Shown piece after piece: positions 39,201 to 45,897 of a DNA stretch of 45,897 nt. This stretch comes from Paramecium tetraurelia. Its lineage: Eukaryota. Position numbers and translations under genes: made by a program. The notes under the pieces were generated by a model. The model saw only the letters and a program-made list of their open reading frames with translations, ran no database searches and was not told where the DNA came from. Position 1 is the first letter of the stretch, and the number at the start of each line of letters is the position of its first letter. The stretch covers positions 434,001 to 479,897 of the forward strand of contig CT868363.1 of NCBI GenBank assembly GCA_000165425.1. Reading direction: 5' to 3'.

Positions 39201-42200
39201 AAGTTAAGTGTTTTTATCTTCAATTATGTTAAAAGTCCGATAAGCCCTGTCTCACCAATTATAATATATGATTTACCCACTTATCTTATAAATCCTTGCG
39301 ATGATAATACAATATCCTTGAGATCAAAATTGAACGATGGACTTAGAGGTTTTATTGAAATAAAATGGACTTATTCTGTAGATGGATCTAACGGTAATGG
39401 TGATCTTGATAACTTTGTTGCTTTATTAACTAAATTATAGATTTTAGAATTAGTTATCCCATTGTAAACACTACCAAAACAGTCCAAAATTACTTTCTAT
39501 TTAGACTTTTAAAATTTTGTTGGCTAAAAAAGTATACAAAAAATTAAACTGGAAACCCATTCTGGTCAATTTCCCACCATTCTTTGGATTTCAAAGTCTA
39601 TTTATTTTAATTTTGAAACCATTGTTTTGGAATTTTTAATTAAAAAGAAGGATTGTTCTGAATAGGCAGCAACAACTTAAGTTGATAATTCTGAATATTC
39701 TGTGTCCTTAGTTGAAGTTTATAGAAATGAGTCCAATTCAAGACCATCAAGGGTAAATTATTCAGAAATCACACGTCAAAGTAGTTTTAATGTGATTATT
39801 TAAAATTATACCTTGACTTCTAGAATTTCATATACTTTTGAATAAACAACATTTGATGCTTTAATGAACTTTTCAATCAAAAGAAACATAACAATTGACA
39901 TTAGCTCAGGAGGTATACTTTGTTAATTCAATGGCACTAAAAAGATTCAGAATTATAGAAAAGAAACTTACATATTCATATCATGTAAAGATTTAGACAC
40001 TTAATATGGATGGAATGAGGATACTGGTATTTCATTAAATGTTGAGTGTGCTGACTTGACTATGAATTCCCTTTGCTTGGATTTAAATAAAAAAATAATC
40101 CAAATCAACAAAACTGATAGTATCCAAGTCATTCCAAAATAAACTATTAAACCTTACACGATTTAAAGTTGGTCTGTAGTGGCTACAAAAAAATAACACT
40201 CATATAAATTTAAATAAAATATCGTCTATTTAGATAATGATTTTAAATTATTAAATGTTACTTATAGTAAAGGATATTTAATGAGGGGAATCAATAACTA
40301 TGAAAATCTGGAGTTCATCATTAATATTCCTTTTGAAGATAGGTAATACCTTCTAGAGTATCAAGTAGCTATTATTTATAACTTCTAACTTGTATAGATA
40401 CTATAATCGGAATACTTTTAATAATAAATTCGTATTTTTGATTACTTTTAGGAATTTACAAAAGGAGATAAAATAAATCTAAAATTTTTAGCTTAGTTTA
40501 CAAATGAAATTATACCTAGCCAAGAAGATTTATAAATAAATGTTAATTAACCTCCTAATTGTTTAGTGAGCTTAAGTGAATAAACTGTTGAAGCATTGAA
40601 ACTTTAAAAGGTAATTACCATTTGCGATTTTTCTGAATCAGCTCCATTTACATACTAATTGAGATATTTTCTTCACAAATAAGACTTGATTGATTTTTAG
40701 AATAGAACAAATGATTATTCATTAATTTTGAGCAGTTATTCAAGTTCATATACTATAGAAGCCACTTTTCCGTTTATTGATGGCATTCTTCTAATATAAG
40801 CAATGGATTCTAAAGGATCTTACTTAAATATTGAGAAATAGTTAAATATTACAAAGACTTTGCTCAATTGTTCCGAGAATAATATTAAGTAATATAATTT
40901 AAAATACAAAATTTCATTATTATTAGAAATTATATTGAACCATTATGACTAATAAAATTGTATTACTTTATCTAATTTGTTATATTCAAATATATAAACC
41001 TATTTGGGAGCTGATAATATTGATGATCAATTATTAGTGTATCAAACTACTAAATTGTATAAAAGAATAATTCAAGATCATAAAGATTCTAACTCTTCGA
41101 TGAGATTATTAAATGAAAATTCAGGGAGTTGTTTTGAAAATTCCACATAAGCTTTTTATGTCAAATTTGCAAATGTTAATACTTCATTAACTGTTACTCC
41201 GTCTAGTTTGCAAGCAGAATTAAAATAAATTATGTCTGTTGCTCAGAAAATGATAAAAAAATCTGCTGATTATAATGATTAAATTCTCTAAAATGAGGTA
41301 TTCTTGGATGAAAAAATCTATTAAAAAAGAGTAGCCATTATAGACTCTTTATCAGTTATCTAACTTTTAATTGATGATATATTCCTTAAGATTCCAGAAG
41401 CCACTATCAATTCTAATTCAGATAAAGAATCGATTATTAATACTGCAGAGGGTTTAATAAGCCTTATTGAAAAGATTGCAATTTATGTTAACGTACAAGT
41501 AAAGGTAAATGGACCTCAATTAATTAATAATGGACAAATTTTAAAATGGTAATTATCCAAAATTACTAAAGAAATGTTAAATAAACAATTTAATATTGAA
41601 AGAGATTTATTAGATGGATTGATTGATTTTGTTCAAAAGGAACAAATAGAATTAAATTACAACTATTTAAATCTATCTCAACAATTATAAGCCCAATTGC
41701 AAGTATTCTTTAATTTAACTAATCTCGAAATAAATGAGAAAGCACTGAAGAAAACTAATTTATAGAATCATCTTTATAATGGTCGCTATATTGATTATCA
41801 ATCTTCACTTAAATAATACATAATAGATATGCTTAAAATTTCATATTGCTAAGAACTGGTTCCTTAAGATAAACTCTATTCATATGGTTGCGTTAATATC
41901 GATAAAGATGGAAAATTCTATAAATGTGAATTATCAAATGAAGAAATTGATAATAAAACTGTATAAATATCTTGTAAATGCGAATAATTAGGTAGTATAA
42001 TTTTAATTTAATATCCCAATAATTCAGTTAAATAATAAAATATCTCCATTTATACTCAAAATGAAAAGGTAATTAAGGATAATAATCTTATGTTAAACGA
42101 ATAGCCAATTTTACTATTTCATGGAATTTTTATTGCTTTTTCTTACTTCATTTATTTTGAATTAGTCTCAATTGAGATAAAATAAAAACATACTCCATTA

Positions 42201-42905
42201 AATTCTAGAATAGATTCGGAGTTTAGTATGGATGAAACCCATATATAAGGAAAACCTAAGATATTCCATTTTTATCCAGGAACTGTTGCAGTATTCAAAA
42301 TATCCTTCAAAGTAATTACTATTATTAATATCTAGTTTATCCATGAAATATTATCTTGCTTTTATACTTAAAATTCAATTCTTAAAAAAAGTTATCATTT
42401 TTTATAATTATCAGTCAAAATAGGCATGTTAATCCCAATTTCATTTTTGGAAATAACTTTGCTTGATGAAACTACATTATTTGCAATTTTCATCATAAAT
42501 TGTGGAACATTTTTAATATTTAGAATGATTCTAAAAATACTTTAGTCGATTTACAGATTTGGGGGAAAATTGAGTATTTTGATTATCATCATATATCTCC
42601 TTATACATTTCTTATGCTATCTTGAATTCATTCTATAATTGAAGCAATGGTAAAAATCAATTTATATTTTTAGTGAATAAGACCTTAAAATTATCAATTT
42701 CGAAATTTCTCTTTTTTTAATAGGCTCACTCTTTTAATTTTATGTCATTTTGGATCCAATTATGCTATTCTTAAGGATCATTATTTTCAAGCATATCACC
42801 TTTTAAATGAGAAATTAAATAATTAATCCGTTGAATTAACTTGTCTACTTTTTTGTCTAACACTAAAAACTAGATGAACTCTTTCACTACTATGCAATAA
42901 TGTGA
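33264..42905 (+). CDS. Giant Cys-rich surface receptor: signal peptide, two N-terminal domains, ~28 furin-like/growth-factor-receptor Cys repeats, REJ-like region, GPS-like motif, multi-TM C-terminus (polycystin-1-like architecture)
   Basis: MLYPIFATILYLNSIIQVLG; two copies of LFGGY..PPH..IDSWD.E..ESWG.RDF; CxxxCxxC..CxxC..CxCxxGYYD repeats (34400-38900); INVNQPPNC..PFTYQL; CVNID...C...SCKCEQLGS; several hydrophobic helices; more than 20 tiny introns; TGA at 42903-42905. Confidence 0.9.
34408..38910 (+). repeat. ~28 tandem ~50-aa Cys-rich (furin-like) protein repeats
   Basis: Hand-translated units such as CHYSCFTCNQSGYQFCQSCVDKSTSFRVFNQGVCQCLPGYYDDGLSPNC. Confidence 0.9.
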
Positions 42906-43439
42906 TTTTTATATCATATTCTATCAAATTTAATAAATTATATCTATTTTAATAAATTCAAGATTATTAATTGATTAAAATTGCAGCAAATTCCTGCAGT
43001 TTCATATTTTTTATAGATTTTAGTTATGAATCAATTTAATGATATATACTCTAAATTTATATTCAAATTATTTTAGGCAAAACTTGAAATATTAAAAATT
43101 TCCATTTCTATATTTCAAATCTATTGTTCAAAAATGTATGCCATTATTCCAAATTATTTCATCTTATTGATTAAATTTAGATTATTGATTTTAACCTTCA
43201 ATTTTAAAGAGTTTTTAACCTTTAAATCATATTTATCCAATAAATCAGGGTTCCTAGATTTAAAACCATTAAAAATTGTAATGGCTCTAACCTGAAACAA
43301 ATTTTCCCTAATCATTGTATTTTTTCATATTTGTATGCATTCAATTAATCTCGTATGCAAATTAAACAAAGTGCTTCTAAAAGTCCATAATATTTGAAAA
43401 AATTTTCGATTTAAATTTATAGTTATTATCTAGTTATTA

Positions 43440-43850
43440 TATTAATTTCAGTTGTCATTATCTATATATTATTACTTTCTACAGGACACAAGAAATACAG
43501 CCAAGGCAGCTATAAATATAAAGTGAATCTACATTGAGTCTTAGAGACTATTTCGAAAGGAATTAAAGAACATCAAATCATATAAAATTCACATGTACCA
43601 ATACACAATTATTAGTTCCTGAAGTATCTTCCCATAATTTACAAGGGACTTATTCTCATCTCAGAAGTCAGACCATCTTATATAACCAATATAAGTCACA
43701 ATGAAACTCCAATCTAGACCCTGTCTGAATCAATATGAGATATTCTAAAATTTCGTTAGGATAAATAGCCCATAATCGAAGGGCAAAATAACCTACCTTC
43801 AGTAGTCTAAATCCAGATCGACAAAGGGGGAGAAGGAAAAAGAGAAATGA
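43440..43850 (+). pseudogene. Subtelomeric degenerate coding fragment
   Basis: Coding-like pieces (LVPEVSSHNLQGTYSHLRSQT; QSKSRSTKGEKEKEK*) in different frames with TGAs. Confidence 0.25.
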
Positions 43851-43929
43851 TCTGGTTCTTCATTAAAATTTATTTAATTATTTATTTATTATGATTATTA
43901 ATTTAACGAATTATAATTAAAACTTGTTT

Positions 43930-45759
43930 CAATTATTTTATTCGCAACAACAATTGCCACTTTAATTTTACTTTTAAACTATTTTCTCTATGCTCATATT
44001 CTAGCTTCTTTAACTCTGGGCATGAATTGATAAGATATCGGATAAGCATGTTTTGTAAATCTTGAAATAATAAGAATGTGAATAAATACAAAAGTTTTAC
44101 TAATAAATTTGTGCTATGATAGTCAATGTTCTGTTTTTTGAGCATTAGAAATTAATATTCAACTAAATATTGTTTTTAATAAAGTAGCCACAAGTTATTT
44201 ATATATCGTGAGATCCAATTTATAATAGGATATCCCCTTTAATATTTATTGCTTAAATTTTTAATTCACCTTTTAGCTCCTTCTCATAATAACTATCTCT
44301 ATAAAGCTTATTTTAGTTAATCAACAATCAAAATATTAAAATGGAAAAAGATTGATATAATGGGAATATTTCTGAAATTTAAAATTCTTTTTGGAGGTGA
44401 TGAGATACATTTGAAAGATATTACTCTTACTTTAAAAGTTTTTCGAAATATAAAATTATCATTATTGATAGGATGTTTGAAATTAAGAGCTTTCTAGTTT
44501 TTGCTAAATAGGAATTCTAATAAATATCAATTCTATATTCAAATGTTTTAGTTTAATTCTCATTCACTAAATTTAAAATTACTTTTAATTATTTTTTTTT
44601 TGTTCTTTTATGTTCAAAATCATACTAGTATCAATTTATTTATTTGAACTTTAGGTAAGCTAATTGAAATTAAAATTATATTGAAAATAATAATTTACAA
44701 TAATAATTCCCTAATCTTAATTAACTCATATAAACCTCAAAAAATTGGCTAAGAAAACTACAATGTTTAAATTTATAAATAATATACATAACAAAATTTA
44801 ATTTAGAAAGAGTCAATTAGTGCTTTAATTGTTGCCTAAGAAGTACTAAATCTTCATTTTTATTGCTTTACAGATATTTTACAGCATTCTAGATTAGTCT
44901 TCCTTGATTGATTCGTAAAAAATTAATAAGAATTTCATAGATTTAACATGTAAGTAAGAATTGATTTTTGTATAATCAATGCTGCAAAATCTTTTTAACT
45001 GTGCTTCTTGAGTCTTTTATGCAATACTCTGAAAATAAAATACTTTATAATTATAGAATTCTAACTTGATTTTAAATAGGTTTTGAAACTAATCATTTTG
45101 CGCAGATTATTATAATTATCATTTATATATTTTTAGTTTTGAGATTGACTCTAGTTATTATTGAAGAAATCCTCCTATTTACAGCAATTTATTTTTTTTT
45201 AGGGTAAATTTTTAAGCATATAATTAAATCTTTCATAAATTAATTTCTGATTTTAGACAATAAATTTTTCTTTTTCATATTCAATAAATATTTGAGAATT
45301 GGAACATAAAAATTGAAGTTAGGCAAATACTAATGATCAGATAAAAGTCCTCAATAAGCAGTATAATAATTAAAAATGGTCTTAATTTAAATAAAAGATG
45401 AATTATAGAAATAACAAGCGGACCAAAAAAATAATTATTATTGCGGTTCGTATAATCTGACTCTATAATCCTCTCAATTAATTCGATTAAGACATTTGGC
45501 TTTTAAGCATAACTATTTTCAATACCAGTTTCTATTTCTGAAAATAAAAATATTATTTTATTAATATATATATACAGTTTCCTCATTAATTTACTCTATT
45601 CTACTTGATAATCTAAATCAATAAATGTAAAATTTCATTTAAGAATAAATATTTGCTTTTTTTTCAAATTCTATTTTTGTTAAGAGCATTTCATCTTCAG
45701 AATTATCATTGTATCCTAGCTAAAGCGCCTGCTAATAATATTGTTTAGCTTTCTGCTTC
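43930..45759 (-). pseudogene. Subtelomeric degenerate helical-protein gene, 5'-truncated by the telomere
   Basis: Immediately inside the telomere the minus strand reads KQKAKQYYQQALQLGYNDNSEDEMLLTKIEFEKK, with no start codon, then multiple TGAs and frameshifts. The ORF-track fragment 43933-44145 lies in the same orientation. Confidence 0.45.
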
Positions 45760-45892
45760 GGGGTTGGGGTTTGGGGTTGGGGTTGGGTTTGGGTTTGGGG
45801 TTTGGGTTTGGGTTTGGGTTTGGGGTAGGGTCAGGGGTTCGGTTTGGGTTTGGGGTTGGGGTTGGGTTTGGGGTTGGGTTTGGGGTTGGGGT
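45760..45892 (+). repeat. Macronuclear telomere: mixed GGGGTT/GGGTTT repeats
   Basis: About 22 units of G4T2/G3T3 with the G-rich strand running 5'->3' toward the end, joined abruptly to AT-rich DNA at 45760. This mixture is the known Paramecium telomere pattern. Confidence 0.95.
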
Positions 45893-45897
45893 GCCAT

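Noticed and set aside
45706..45897. Minus-strand ORF from the terminal ATG through the telomere (MAPQPQTQPQ...EAESQTILLAGALARIQ*)
   Set aside because: C/A-rich telomeric repeats contain almost no TGA by construction; the ORF is only ~60 aa and is out of frame with the adjacent coding remnant.
1..45897. tRNA, rRNA, transposase or prokaryote-type defence systems
   Set aside because: No GC-rich structured RNA, terminal inverted repeats, DDE/RT motifs or operon-like features were seen by eye; small ncRNAs cannot be excluded without covariance searches.

Overview
This is very AT-rich ciliate macronuclear DNA, almost certainly Paramecium. TAA/TAG read as Gln and TGA is the only stop (translation table 6), genes carry 20-30 nt GT..AG introns, intergenic gaps are often only 13-50 nt, and the window ends in a mixed GGGGTT/GGGTTT telomere tract. 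The supplied ORF track used the wrong genetic code, so I re-translated by hand. About 17 intact genes are supported, from left to right: HUWE1/Tom1-like HECT E3 ligase (5'-partial), HPR-like helical-repeat protein, FG/Q-rich nucleoporin-like protein, INTS6 homolog, two hypothetical genes, a ~1400 aa lipidated tandem pseudokinase/beta-propeller protein, a CaMK-group kinase, a tiny LAMTOR4-like Roadblock gene absent from the ORF track, PP2C, an RCC1-repeat protein, a coiled-coil protein, LRRC51, a TBC Rab-GAP, a second kinase, a 2-TM protein, and a ~9.6 kb polycystin-1-like Cys-rich receptor gene. Several degenerate pseudogene remnants are also present, including ~2.8 kb of subtelomeric decay cut by the telomere. 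No CRISPR array, rRNA, tRNA or transposon was recognised. All family assignments come from motif recognition by eye, not from database searches.
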